NCBI GenBank assembly: GCA_023920165.1
Contig: CP089274.1
Span: 3,782,001-3,846,000 of the forward strand
Direction: 5' to 3'
From: Curvularia clavata
Lineage: Eukaryota
Length of the DNA: 64,000 nt
Shown here: one piece after another, positions 36,293 to 48,531 of the stretch
How positions within the stretch are numbered: the first letter of the stretch is position 1
Layout: each line of letters starts with the position of its first letter
Notes under the pieces: model-generated
Databases searched by the model: none
Told to the model about the DNA's origin: nothing
Seen by the model: the letters and a program-made list of their open reading frames with translations, nothing else
Program-made: the position numbers and the translations under genes

Positions 36293-38667
36293 TCAAGAGA
36301 AGCGTCCCATTCGAGGTGGTCCGCGGGACGAGCCCATAACAGAGCTTTGCAGGCGGCCTGTAGCCTTGGTGACGCCAGAGAGGGGCGAACTCTGGTTTTT
36401 CAAAGGCGACCTATTGGTACGATTTGACCGCGAACGCTTGCGGAGTGGCGTGATCAAAGCCTCAGCTGACTTGCCAGAGCGGACCGGACGAGAAACTGAG
36501 GCTCGTGCGGCTGGGTCTGATGGCAGAGAAGCCACATCGCGGTAGCGGTTTTGATTAGTGCGGAAGGCGGTGACAACACCGCGATCAAAGTGTTCGAGCA
36601 TAACATCCGAGGTTGTCCTCTTGCGGGTTTGAGGAGTCTCGGTCGGGGGAGCAGCTGGAGTCGAGCCATGGTTTGCTATGCGTGAAGTTGCGGGCGTTGC
36701 GGGTACATCGGTGTCTTCGACATCTTCGTCTTCATCAATGTCGGTATCATCACCGTCGGAACCAAAGTCCATGAAGTCGGTGATGTTGATGTCATCCTCG
36801 TAATCATCGCTCGACGAACCATCCTCGTCTTCGTCAATGATGCCCATGTTGCCATTGGAGGATATGCTTACGAAAGGATAGAAAGCCTCGGGGGGACCGA
36901 CACTTTCGTTTCCAAACACAAAATCGGCTGGACCCGACCCAAAGATACCCGAGAGCATAATATCGGTGCTCAGTCCGTTGTTGAAGACTTCGTTGCTGAC
37001 CTCGCTGTCGGAGGCGTTGTTGACTTGAGCAATTGAGTTCCTAGGGCTGTTGTTGACAGTGCTGCTGGTGCTGCTATGGTAATCCGTCAAAGGAATCCAC
37101 GGGATCAGCACAGTGCGAGGACGGTAGAAGCTGACGGCCTTGGTGGCCCTGTTAGTGACAGCAATGGCTTGGTCAGTTTCGTCGTGGATGAAGATGCCGC
37201 GAGTAGGTGGGATTTGGCGACCAACTGGTCGACTGCTGCGTTGAAAGGGCTTGGGCGTGCTAGCGCGGGATCCAGGTGCGGAGGATGGGCGGTGCAGGAC
37301 AGACTGCTTTTGCGAGGGAGTGCGGGGCAATATGTCGTTTTCAAAATCTTCCTCGTCAGTGGTGTCACCCAGGTCGGCTGAGAATGTATGTTAGTCATGT
37401 GATCAAAGGTGAAGTAGGGCACTACCATACACTCGTAGCCGCTGGATTCGCTCGACTCGCCATCATCAGATTCGTCTGAGTTGTCAACTTGAGTGATACG
37501 AGACTCGCTCTGCTCAAAGTCCCAGAAGGAGATGTCTGACTGTGGAGAAGCCATGTCTCCATTGTCATCATCGTTGTCCATCTCAAGCAGCTGGTGCAAG
37601 CTGGGAGGGATCTTGTCTTGATCGAGGAAGAGGTCAGGAAAGATGCTGCTATCAAGCTCGGAAGACTCCGAACTGGAGCTATCCGACATTGGGACATCGT
37701 CATCGAAGCGGACGCGCTTGGCAGAGCCGTCCGAGAACTTCCTCTTCGCCATTGGGACGGGTGATGCGGGGACCGCTTCGGGCTCAAAGAAGGGCGTGAA
37801 CCCAAAGTCAGGAATCCCCGCCATGAAGGCATCATCTAAGGGAGCAGTAACGTCGAAGATGTTGTCGCTCAGGCAGCTATCAAGACTGAGTCGTCGAGCA
37901 TCACGAAACTCATTGAGAAGGGTAGTAGCTTGTTGCTCTTCTTGCATGATGAAACTCTCTTCTTGCTTCTCCATCAGTTCCATGTCAGAATCATCGTCGT
38001 CAGGGACGAGATTGACACCACTGTAGTCTTCATCATCGGTCTCAATAGCGTGGTCATTGTTGCTCTGAGTGTCTTCATTCTCCGTGTACGTCAGCAAGGG
38101 CACACTAGCTGCGCTACTCAGCTTTCGGGCCATCTTGCGTCTGGGAAACGACTCTTGATCAGTCGAGTCATCGCCAAACAGGACTGACGTGCTTGACAGA
38201 TTGCTAAATGTACGTTTCTTATTGCTCATTAGTAGCTGGTTCACGGGGTGCTTGCTGGGAACGAGCGACAGCTCGGTTGTGTGGGACGCGGTCTCATCGT
38301 CTTCAGCGTGAGACTCGTCGTCATCTACGGGCTCGACGCGGATAGCAGGCTGCTTTCCCTTTCCCTTGCCGCCCCTGCTGTAGCCATAAGGACGGGCAGG
38401 GACATCATCGTCGGTCTCATCGTCGAGTTCTTCATCTTTTACCACACTACTGTCTTCGTCATCTTCATCATCGGCAGCTCCTTCGGTGGCCGATTGATCA
38501 CCGCCACGACCCTCGGAGTGGTGTGTGCTGCCTGATACTGTGTCGGGAGAGGCGGATCGTTGGTGATTGCGGCGGATGTCTGTGGCAGCGTTGTGCATGG
38601 AGTTGTGGTCTTGGTCATGTCCCACAAGATCCTTCATGGATGGTCGAGAGTGTGTGAGATGTGCCAT
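36293..38667 (-). CDS. Acidic low-complexity nuclear protein, possibly Ifh1/Crf1-like
   Basis: Two ORFs joined by intron 37430-37378 give SSGYESDLGDTTDEED. The protein has D/E-rich tracts and basic NLS-like patches. The CDS is well supported but the family call is tentative. Confidence 0.65.
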
Positions 38668-40819
38668 GGTGGTCTGATTGTTGTGTAGAACAATTTTTTT
38701 CTGGTCCGTCTTTTTTGTTTATGCGGGGATGGTAGAGGTAGGTGATGTAGATAATGGGTCGGGAGGGGAGACGGATTGGGGTGATAGGCGTGTAGTAGTT
38801 TGTGATTGAGGTAAGGAAGAATGACAGCGTATGGTCGAGTGGTGTTTGGTGTACTGGTGGGGTGAAAGGCCCTTGGAACTATGCTGGGCCCTTGTTGGTT
38901 CGTCGATCTCGCAGCGTGGAGCAGCAAGAGAAGACAATGGAGGAAGTTTTTTGCTAGCGCAGGCGGGTCGATTGCCAATTGGGTACGGGGAGAGTGGGCA
39001 GCGGGCACTGCTCACAGTCTTGTATTGGTATCGTCGAAGAGATTGGGAATTCCGTGAGCTGTCGGGCTGATGCAGCCCGTGGGTGGGGCTGCACCAGGAG
39101 TTTAGAGCTCAGCGCGTGCCTGCGGCATTGTCTCGACGAATTCAGGAATAGGGATGGGGGCGTAAGAGGTGTTCCTGGTAAGTTTCTGGGTGACTTTGAC
39201 GTCTTGGGGCTGGTGCGGAGAGAAAAGATGCGGGCGAGGGCAAAGGATATGTTTAATTTTTAGTTTTGGCCCTAGCGGCATATCGCATGGTCCAAGCGGC
39301 CTAGTCGTCCTGCCTGCAGCGATGACTCCATGTCCACGACCAAATCACCACCACCACACACATTAACCGCCCCTGTCCACGGCTCACCTCGCGCTCACCC
39401 GCTCCGCGCGGCCGTAGGCGTCGCCGCTGATTGTTCTTCGTCGTCCTTTTGCTGGCTCTCCGTCTGAAGTCGCCCACGGCCAGGCGCATTGTCGCGTGCC
39501 CCTCGCTGGAAATTTTGGTCGTCTCGCCGACTGCCCCACAGGTACTAATGCGGACGTGGGCACAGCGATGAGGCAACACGGGGCTCATCTTTGCCAACGG
39601 CTCTCGTTGATTGGCCGCTGCCGAATCCGAGGGTCCCCTGGTCCAGCACATGCTGCGGCGAACAGCAGAGCAGACTGTTGCTGACCTTGCTGCTGCCTTG
39701 TGCGCCGTCGACCTCGACATGCGCCCTAGCAGAGAACCGTTCACTTCAGCATGGAAAAGGCGTTGCCGCCCGTGGTCCGGCCGTCGTCGTCATGCCATCG
39801 TGGAGTCGTGGACCTGCCCCTCCACCTCACGGCCGACCTTGACGTCGTGCGGCAGTGTTGCCCCTCCAGATGCATTGTCTATCGATACGCACTGGGCTGC
39901 CATAGACGCTGGCGCCTCTACGCGAAGGAGCGGTGAAGGCCTGTGGGCGTAGCTCCGGCGCCTCACGCAGCAAAGACGACAGCAGCGTGCGGCCCGTTGC
40001 TTCTGCTGATGCTGCCTGTCACTGCGCTGGCCTATACTGCATTCATCCTACTCTCACATTGGCCACTGTTTTTTATTTGCACTTCACCATTACTCGTAAC
40101 GCCCTGCTTCGCCCTCAATTGCTTTCGTTGATGGGCCACAACAGACTACTACGCAACTTTTTTTTTTGCTTCGAGGCTGAGCTAGGCCGGGGTGGGGTAT
40201 GGCAGCATGCAGAACATTGGTGGGTCTCCCGCCCCACGGTCTCTTGGTTGGATCAACGCCCCTCCCCGGCCTGCTCTCTCCGTCTGTCTCTCTCACAAGC
40301 TGCGGTAACATCCTCGACGTGTCATAAGCGGCTTGTCTTTCTTGATTGGCCATTGGCCATCTACCTATTGAAGAGCCATCGTATCCTATTCGTCCTTGCA
40401 TTCTCCTTGGCCTGCTGTAGTGACTTCAACTGGCGCCTCAACTACCTCAAATTTTGCTTTTCTTAAGGCCATGTTGCCCTTCTGCTTGACTTTCCTGCAC
40501 ATTGACGCTCTCACACAGGATCGAGAGCGGTCTGGGCCGAAGGCGAAAACGTCAACGGCTCTTGGTAAACAGTGGAGCCCATCGGTGGAGCCCGACGACT
40601 AACGAACACTCTCAGGGTTTGAGAAAATCCGGATCACGCGCCTTGTTTTTCACTCACGGACGCTGCTTGCCCCTCAATAAATTAACATGATGCTAATGGG
40701 GTAATTCCATCAAGTATCCACCCTTGCTTGCCTTTGGGGTGTTAGGTGTACTACGCAATTCATGTATGCACATCATCTTGGTGGTAGGCTAGATGCAGAT
40801 GGCCGAAAAAGCGGCCTGT

Positions 40820-43795
40820 TCAGTACGCTGCCTGCTCAGCGCCTTCCAATTCCTTAGATGCCACAGGTGCCTCCAGCTCGGCAAGCTCAGCGAGGCTACC
40901 TAGATCGCGTACAATATCCTCATAGTCGAACCCTAGATAGTAAAGCAACCGTGTCGCCCACCTGAGCGTATCCCGCACTTCGGTCCGCGCGGCATCTGAC
41001 AGTGCTTCGCCACCTCCTTGATTGACGACTACTTCTTCCTGTACCTTTCGGAGAATTGCCCAAACGGTCTGTCGGTTGGGGTAGATGCGTCCCTGGAGGA
41101 TGAGCCTTGCACCAGACTCCTGCCTAATCTCAATGTCTTCAGGACGATCTTCATATTCTCCACTTTTTGTGACACGGTACCGAGGCATTGTGGGCAATCC
41201 GCCTGGCGCTCGGTATGGCTCAAATGCCTTGGGCGAGTTGTAGCACCACTGCTCAACAATCGCTCTGCCTTTGACACTGCCGTATCCTTCAAGCACACCT
41301 CCCAGTACCCGGTTGAAGTCGTCAGTAGAAAGTTTGATAGCTTGCCGTGACGAGAATGCTAGGAAACGGGAGCAAAAGTCCTTCCAATACTCGTCTACCG
41401 TAGACATGATTGACAATGTGCAATTGAGCTCATCCCGGACGTTCTCTAAGATGATGCGTTCCCATGCAAACAGCAGTCCTGTGAAGGTATCTTTGGCCTG
41501 AGTCTTGGACTCCTCAGGGTCGTTGGACGTCCGGAGAAGCTCTGCAGCAAACGTTGAGATGATGATAGACCGGGGTTTGAAGGTAGCAGTCTCCTCGACG
41601 TATTTTTGCATGCCCCGGACAGCCTCCCAGCGACGCAGTTTCATCTGACAGCAGAGCAACGCTATCAGAATTTCGGCCGGCATTCGCTGCTGCTGATACT
41701 TTTCGTTCCATCTTCCTACCTTCTGAATAACTTTCAGGACGAGGTCGTTTTCGCCGGCTAGTGTTCCGAATCGGACAATGGACGCGGATATGTTGCGATG
41801 GCCGTACAGCTCAGGGCCAATGAGTGGCCCATCCAAGTCGTCAGAGAAAAGCAGCCACCGAACCAAGTCAAACAACTTCGACTCGGTTGCCAAATCTAGA
41901 AGTTGTGCTAAAAGAGGCACCGGTAGCTTCGTATCAAAGGCTGGAAAGTTGACGGGCGGAAGACTGCTCGTAAAAGGCTCATCTTTTCGTAACTGTGGAC
42001 TGTTCCTTAGGAAACTGAAGAACTGCTGCACTGACTTTTGCTTGTTGTCATCGGTGTGTCTTTGAAGCAGCGACAACGTTTTCATTGCACCACTAATGTC
42101 TCCGTTTCTGATGAACGCCCGCATAGCGCGGTGCAACAAACTCAACGGCAACGTTGTGGGCTCAAAGAAGTAAGGAATCTCAGTGTCTCTCCTGGCAGCT
42201 GCGTTGGCAGTGCCAACTTCAGCTCCGAATCCTGGGGCAAGCTCAAAGACGCGCAGCAGTATCTCAGGCCGCTTTTCTGGTACAAAGCCACCAGACTCGA
42301 CTAGTCGCGCCATGATGGAGTCCCAAGCTGTCGATCCAAGACTCAGGTTGTTGGCGTCCAGAAGATCCTTGAGCGTTTTGATTGAGGAAACCAAGCGTTC
42401 AGGATCAGCGCCGCGAGTGCCCACTCCGAGTCGCATCTGATTCACGAGCCCGTCTATGAAAGCTGTGACGACCTCGCCGCTTATGGTCTTACGTGTTCTT
42501 TCCCGGTCTTCGGCACTTGCAGAAGCATCTTCGTTCATTGGGAGCAAGCTCCAGGACCTTGACGGTGCTCGTGTTCTCTTCTGTTCCTTTTCCATAATCT
42601 CTCGCCAGCTGATGAGTGCCCAGCGATCCTCTTCTCGCTTAGCTGAGAGTTGCTCCAGAATGGCAACCCCATCTAGTATCCAGCCACCGTGCAGACAAGA
42701 CCAAAGCACAAGCTCCAGCCATAGTTCCGGAGCCACTTCGGTGACATGAGCCTTGTAGCGAGACCCAGGGATTTCGTGCCCGAGGAAGTATTGAGCATTG
42801 GCACGATCTTTTGCAGTCCGCACGGATGACTCGTGAGCCTTCCATGTCGCATCAGACAGTGCAGTCAGGATTTGGGACGACAGCATGTGAATAGTCGGTG
42901 GCTGCTGCAAAGCATGCTTGTTTTCATGAGGCTGGTAGGTGTAGACGGAGTCAGGAATGAGGCCTATGTGGTGCAAATATGCAATGACCTGCAAGACATG
43001 TGGCATTATGGTATCTTGCCCAGCATTGTCCTTCTCTACAGCCGTCAAAATCATGTTTCCCAAGCTCCTCCATAGCTGTCCCAACGCACGGTTGATTATG
43101 GCTTTTTGATATCGGATCGATTCTGGTGCGGAAGTCGCTACGTTCAGAGTAGCCTCTAGTCTCTTTAGGGGGCGATTTCGCTCGAGTACAATAGGACTCT
43201 CAGTCAGGTTCTTCATGCTCTGATACTCGTTTCCCTGCCATATATCGTTCGTATACTGCTCAATTTGAGGGACGGCTTCGGTCGAGTTTTGTCCATCCTC
43301 GGCAAGTTTTTTGACCATCCAAACTACAGTCTGCCATCGGCTCTCGACCAGTCCAAGGTGACTAAGTATGTCCACGGAGGCGGCTTGGGCTGAGTTGAGA
43401 AAGGAAGCGAGGTCGAACGAGTTCACCGGTTCATCGGGGGTATCTGAAGGCTCCTGGCGCAGTTGGGCCGGGAGGAATAGCTCAAGGATGGCAAGCCATG
43501 CCTTGATGTCCCCACGAGCCTCTTGTGGTGGGCAGGGTATCTGTGAGATGATGCGCTCCTTGGGCTTCGACGGAAATATTGGGGCGGACCTGTCCTGGAA
43601 ATGTGCATCCGAGACATGAAGGGACGGCTGTGCATTGCTGGAGGAGCGTTTTCCGCTTGCAAAGGTGCGTTTAGAGTGTCTGGCGAGGGTCGGAACGAGG
43701 AAGGCGGCTACGGAACAGGAGGCAGCAATCCCGCGGTTGTTCGTGCGGAATGCCTGTGTGAGGGCGCTGCGAAAGCATGTATGCGCAGTGCTCAT
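40820..43795 (-). CDS. Large hypothetical protein, probably mitochondrial and helical-repeat (PPR-like)
   Basis: Intronless 991-aa ORF with an Arg/Ser/Ala-rich, acid-free N-terminus ('..RHSKRTFAS'). Some segments are PPR-like (AWDSIMARLV; LLHRAMRAFIRNGDISGAMKTL; DFNRVLGGV). Confidence 0.75.
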   Translation of the reverse strand: MSTAHTCFRSALTQAFRTNNRGIAASCSVAAFLVPTLARHSKRTFASGKRSSSNAQPSLHVSDAHFQDRSAPIFPSKPKERIISQIPCPPQEARGDIKAWLAILELFLPAQLRQEPSDTPDEPVNSFDLASFLNSAQAASVDILSHLGLVESRWQTVVWMVKKLAEDGQNSTEAVPQIEQYTNDIWQGNEYQSMKNLTESPIVLERNRPLKRLEATLNVATSAPESIRYQKAIINRALGQLWRSLGNMILTAVEKDNAGQDTIMPHVLQVIAYLHHIGLIPDSVYTYQPHENKHALQQPPTIHMLSSQILTALSDATWKAHESSVRTAKDRANAQYFLGHEIPGSRYKAHVTEVAPELWLELVLWSCLHGGWILDGVAILEQLSAKREEDRWALISWREIMEKEQKRTRAPSRSWSLLPMNEDASASAEDRERTRKTISGEVVTAFIDGLVNQMRLGVGTRGADPERLVSSIKTLKDLLDANNLSLGSTAWDSIMARLVESGGFVPEKRPEILLRVFELAPGFGAEVGTANAAARRDTEIPYFFEPTTLPLSLLHRAMRAFIRNGDISGAMKTLSLLQRHTDDNKQKSVQQFFSFLRNSPQLRKDEPFTSSLPPVNFPAFDTKLPVPLLAQLLDLATESKLFDLVRWLLFSDDLDGPLIGPELYGHRNISASIVRFGTLAGENDLVLKVIQKVGRWNEKYQQQRMPAEILIALLCCQMKLRRWEAVRGMQKYVEETATFKPRSIIISTFAAELLRTSNDPEESKTQAKDTFTGLLFAWERIILENVRDELNCTLSIMSTVDEYWKDFCSRFLAFSSRQAIKLSTDDFNRVLGGVLEGYGSVKGRAIVEQWCYNSPKAFEPYRAPGGLPTMPRYRVTKSGEYEDRPEDIEIRQESGARLILQGRIYPNRQTVWAILRKVQEEVVVNQGGGEALSDAARTEVRDTLRWATRLLYYLGFDYEDIVRDLGSLAELAELEAPVASKELEGAEQAAY

Positions 43796-44139
43796 TGAGG
43801 GGTGGCGGATGGGTGGTGAAGGTGAATGCTCGTGCCAGCAGCATCGTCTTGACTTTTTCCGACTAGGATCATGACGAACTGCACTCTCCAGTTCCGAGAC
43901 GCACTAGCAGCGTCTGACAAGGGATCCCTGCGCAGTTGCCTGCCGCTAGTGCCTCTTCAGTGACCTCACGCGTTGGGAGCGCAAACACGTCGCGACGACG
44001 AACAAAGACATTCACCAAAGGGGAGCACCCAAACATTTGCCTGGAGCCTGGAATTGCTCTACTTAAATTCAGCTCTTCTCACCTATACTCTCTGAGGATT
44101 TTCACGTCTTTCTACCCGAAACAGCAACCTACCGCGACC

Positions 44140-45335
44140 ATGGGTGTCTACCGCGTCGGTAAGTGCTCGCATAATGCCAGCACAGCGACGTTCAATGTAT
44201 TTTGAGCTGCGCACTACCGCCATCAAGTTTCACCAAATGCAAAAATACTAATCCTTGTTCAGAGGTTTCTCCCAACAACCGCGCGATGTGCCAAGTCAAG
44301 GCCTGTAAAGATGAGAAAATAAAGATCACCAAGGGTGAATTTCGCTTTGCCGTTCAGGTCACCATCAAGGAGCATACAAGCTGGCAATACCGCCACTGGT
44401 GGGTTCAGTATTCTCTTTCTATCCACACAAGTACTAACTAGTGTAGGGGATGCGTCACTCCGAAGCAGATTGAAAATCTGAATGAGACCTGCGAAGGCGA
44501 TACAGACATGATTGACGGCTACGATGAGCTGCCGGAAGAGTTTCAAGAAAAGATTAGGTTTGCGCTCGAGCACAACCACATTCCAGACGAGGATTGCACA
44601 CGTGTGAGTACCTAACTGGCGCAATCTGATACGCCTACTGACTATCCTAGGAACCTGAGTACAACCGCCTTGGTATTAAAAAGCCTCGGGCAAAGAAAGC
44701 CAAGGAGAATGAGGAAGATCATGCTTCCGAGGACGAGAAGCCAAAGAAGGCCACGAAGGAAGAAGATAAAGAAGACGAACCTGCACCAGCCCCCAAGAAA
44801 CGCGGCCCTAAAACCAAGGTCAAGGCTGAGGATGAAGATGAGGAGGTCATGCCTGAATCAGCCCCCAAGAAACGCGGTCCTAGAGCAAAAGTCAAGGCTG
44901 AGGATGGAGATGAGGCCGTCCCTGCCCCCAAGAAGCGCGGCCGGCCCTCGAAGAAGCAAGCTGAAGAGGGCGATGGCGAGGAAGAGGATGCTCCACCTGC
45001 AAAGAAGGCTCGCGCCAATGGCAAGACTAAGAAGGCCGCTGAGCCCAAAAACGAGAGCGAAGAGGATGCTCCGGCACCAAAGAAGGCCAAGGGAAAGAAG
45101 GCTGCGCCCAAGAAGGACGTAGTCGACGAGGACGAGGAAGAAGCCCCACCGCCTAAGAAGGCTCGTGGCAGGAAGCCAGTAGCCAAGCAGGCCGAGTTCG
45201 AAAATGGCAGTGAGACTGTGGAGGAGGAGGCCAAGCTAAAGAAGGCTCCCCAGAAGAGGTACGTCTGATTGAATCTATTTTTTGTCACGCCTAGTACTGA
45301 CAAAACCTAGGGGACGCAAGAAGGCTTCCGAGTAG
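44140..45335 (+). CDS. Stand-alone PARP-type zinc finger protein with K/E-rich repetitive tail (Hpz1-like)
   Basis: The spliced N-terminus MGVYRVEVSPNNRAMCQVKAC...KGEFRF...YRHWGC matches zf-PARP. Four GT-AG introns. The tail has PAPKK repeats and a KRGRP AT-hook. Confidence 0.88.
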
Positions 45336-46104
45336 GTCTGTTTCTTTCAAAAAAAGACCGTCACTTTGTTCAATGACGCAGTCGCGGTGCTAGGGGGCGT
45401 TAGGGTGTGTCACGCCAAAGAGCGTATAGTTCATCGTACAAGAGATACCCAGGCACAGTTTGTTTACAGAAGTATGGCAGTATTCCAGCGCTGTAAGATA
45501 TTTCGGTAGTCAGGAAACAAGTGTGTTTTATTCGTGTTCTGCATGCTGTGCTTCAATGTGATATTGTATTGTCTCATTTATAATATCGATCGTCCACCTT
45601 CTGCACGCAACCTACTGAGGCACTAATTGATGATTAGCAAAAGCATTTGATATATGGTAGTGGCAAGGAGACGCCAAGCAGAATTAGGTAATCAATTTGA
45701 AATTCAAGGCCGTGTGGAGTCACTTTCTTGATCACAGTTGATCTGTGACAAATACAGGAGTTTCGACTTCAAGTTGAGTCTAACAAAATCCAAATAGCGA
45801 CCTACATCAGATGCTTTTTCTAAGCTTCAAGTACACGTAAACCAATCTAGTCCATGAACACAAATACCCATGCACCTGTCATTCCTAGCAAGCGTAGCCA
45901 AAGCATCAGTGGTAGTAGCCACAACGAACCTACAAAGCCAGAGGAACCACCAAAATATCCCAAGTCACAGCAACTAGCTACTTGTGTATCTTGGGAAAGC
46001 CCTCACTAGCGTCTTTTAAAGTCTGCTCGCCGGCGTACCTCAACTCTTATTCTAGTTCCCCGGTCTCATCTTTTGCTTCCATGATTGCTACAGCAACGAA
46101 TATC

Positions 46105-47408
46105 TCAAACGACCTTCCCTGACATCCTCTTCATCTCCTGGTTTTTCAAGACCACCCAATCGATAATCACCCTACCATCCGCACACTTCATTAACGGTAC
46201 TTGCTGCACTTGAGAGCCCGGGGTCATTTGTAGGCACAGCTTGGTCCTTAGCTCAGCTGCGGTGTCGTGATCGTACGGTTGGCCATGCATTGTGTGGTGA
46301 GTGGATGCAGCTATGGGTGATGATGCGATGCTAGGTGTGACGCCAACAGACACGTTTGCAGCATTGTATGCTTGGTTGAGGGCTCTAGATGCTGCGCGGG
46401 GTCGGCCTCTAGTGGATAGTGGGATGTAGAAAGTAGGTGATGGTGAGGGGGTAAATGCGAGTGCGATAGATGGAGGGAGCTCCTCTTGAGGAGCAGTACG
46501 TAGGTGACCTGAACCCGGAAGGTGGATCGCAACATTAGAGTCTCGGTCGGGTATGGTGACGCATAAGTCTGGGCTGTGGTGTCTAGATGGAGCTTGGGAC
46601 GTAGGGCGTGAGACTGCTTCTATGAATGCGTTCATTGAAGCAGGATCCATCCACACTGCGATTGATGGGAGGTCCATGGTTGGAGAGACTCCCTCTTGTT
46701 GAGAACTACAGTCTGATTGTTCATCGATTAGACTCATTTCTTCTTCAGCAATCAGGTATTGTAGGCGCGAGGTGCTTGCTACTAATCACACAGCTCCTTC
46801 TTGACTGCGGCCCTGATGTGCAACACTAGGACCATCACTTTGTGGAGCTAGAAGAGCGAGCTCTTGCAGACTGACCCTGGATCCTACCCGTGATCCTGGC
46901 GCTGAGTATGCGAGATACTGGCTGCGACCGTGAGGCGTATATGTGTTGCCTGCCATCTTCTCCTGTCTTATCTTTTCTTCTTGCGCTTGCTGTATCTCCC
47001 ACTCATGAATGCATGATTTTTCCAATGCGCTCACGCTTCTCTCGTACCCTAGTTGTGTATCCTCGGGGTCATACTTTGGTGCCTGATCATTCGTTATCCC
47101 AAGAATTCTAATGCCTTTCTTCTTAGTGGAGAAGGCTATAGGTTCGATGGGATTGCGCTGAGGATACGCGTAGAGATAGTGTCCTCGATAAAAGTATGCA
47201 ACTCCAACAGTTAAGTTGTGGGTGTGTTTGAAGCCGGAAATGTAAACACGTTGCTGGGCCGGATAGGTCTCCACAGTATCCTCTAACAGATAATTAACAA
47301 TAGGAAAGAGATTTCAGTCATGTCGGCAGGTGTTGATCAAACTTGTCTTCGCTCTGTAGGTATTAACGTACCCGTATTTGTAGCATTCTTCTGATATTGC
47401 GATATCAT
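46105..47408 (-). CDS. Orphan hypothetical gene (or pseudogene) with one internal in-frame TGA
   Basis: ATG at 47408 and a strong intron at 47371-47283 (GTACGT...TAG). ORFs 46786-47274 and 46105-46737 share one frame and are separated only by TGA at 46788-46786. Confidence 0.5.
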
Positions 47409-48531
47409 GGCGAGGCTTTCAAGTTTATCGCTCGCTAGATTCTTGAATAGTTGCTTTGGTTGATATGGATGTGAGAAAGTACAGCTTGTATGGTAACTGG
47501 TATGCAAATTTTCATGCTATGAGGTGCCGATTGGGTATACAATAGCCAGAGCAAACGGACCTGGGGATAGCCATATCTCGCGTGCGGCATGGTAGTGAGG
47601 GCGGCGGGTGTAGTACAGCAGTGAGAGCAGGGCATGGACACATGACAGCCACAGCAAACGCCCGCGTCACAAACGAAAGTCCCCCCACTGTCCAAAAATT
47701 TATATCGTGCGTAAACAACAGACTATTCCTCATTCTTCCATCAAGCAATTTCTACTCTGCGATCGGGTGGGCTCCTAGCAACGACGACGATACTGGACCC
47801 AAGTCGAATCGATACCCCAATCGCGGGATGTAACATGTAAAATTAATCAAAATTGCTAACAATCATAGGATTCCCGTCCTATATAACCCAATATTGTCGT
47901 CATCAATAACGGGTTGCAAGCTAGGAGGGCAGGCGTTCGACTCAAATCAAGGACGCCCGTTGGAGCAACAGAAGCGGAGTGAGGATTGCTTGATTTTTTT
48001 TTCTTTCTTTCACAGTGAGGGGGGATGGGAGTGACTTCCAGTGCATGTGTCTGTCGCAGCTAGTAGCATGCTGAGAGCTAGTGACCAAGCTTTACGCTGC
48101 AAGGTATTCTTTTTGCACAATGAGAGCAGTACAAGTAGAAAGCTAGAAGACTTTACGTATGGTGCGATCATGAAAGTGTAGTAGGAAGGCGACACTACTG
48201 TGTAGTCCCATGCGGACGGCTTGTACATACACAAAAAAGCAGTGATCGTAGAGCACTCTAGGAGCTGGCGTGTAGGAACTGCCCGAGTATATACTAATAT
48301 CAGACAAGTTGGCACTGTTAGAACAACGCGCATATGAGAGATAAATGGTCCATATTTGCAACGGAGTACTGTTCATGTAGTAAATAGTAAGGAAGCATGT
48401 CACAAGCAACGGTAAATAAGCTGTATAACAACGCACTGATTCAATCCAATAATACTCGATATAATACATGGCAAGAACATAAGAAAAGTTCCTTATCTCC
48501 TGAACGTCTACAGGAATAGGGTCGTCAATGC

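Noticed and set aside
38668..40819. 2.1-kb gene-free region with many short ORFs
   Set aside because: The ORFs look non-coding and no ncRNA signature was recognised. It is best explained as a long leader and promoter.
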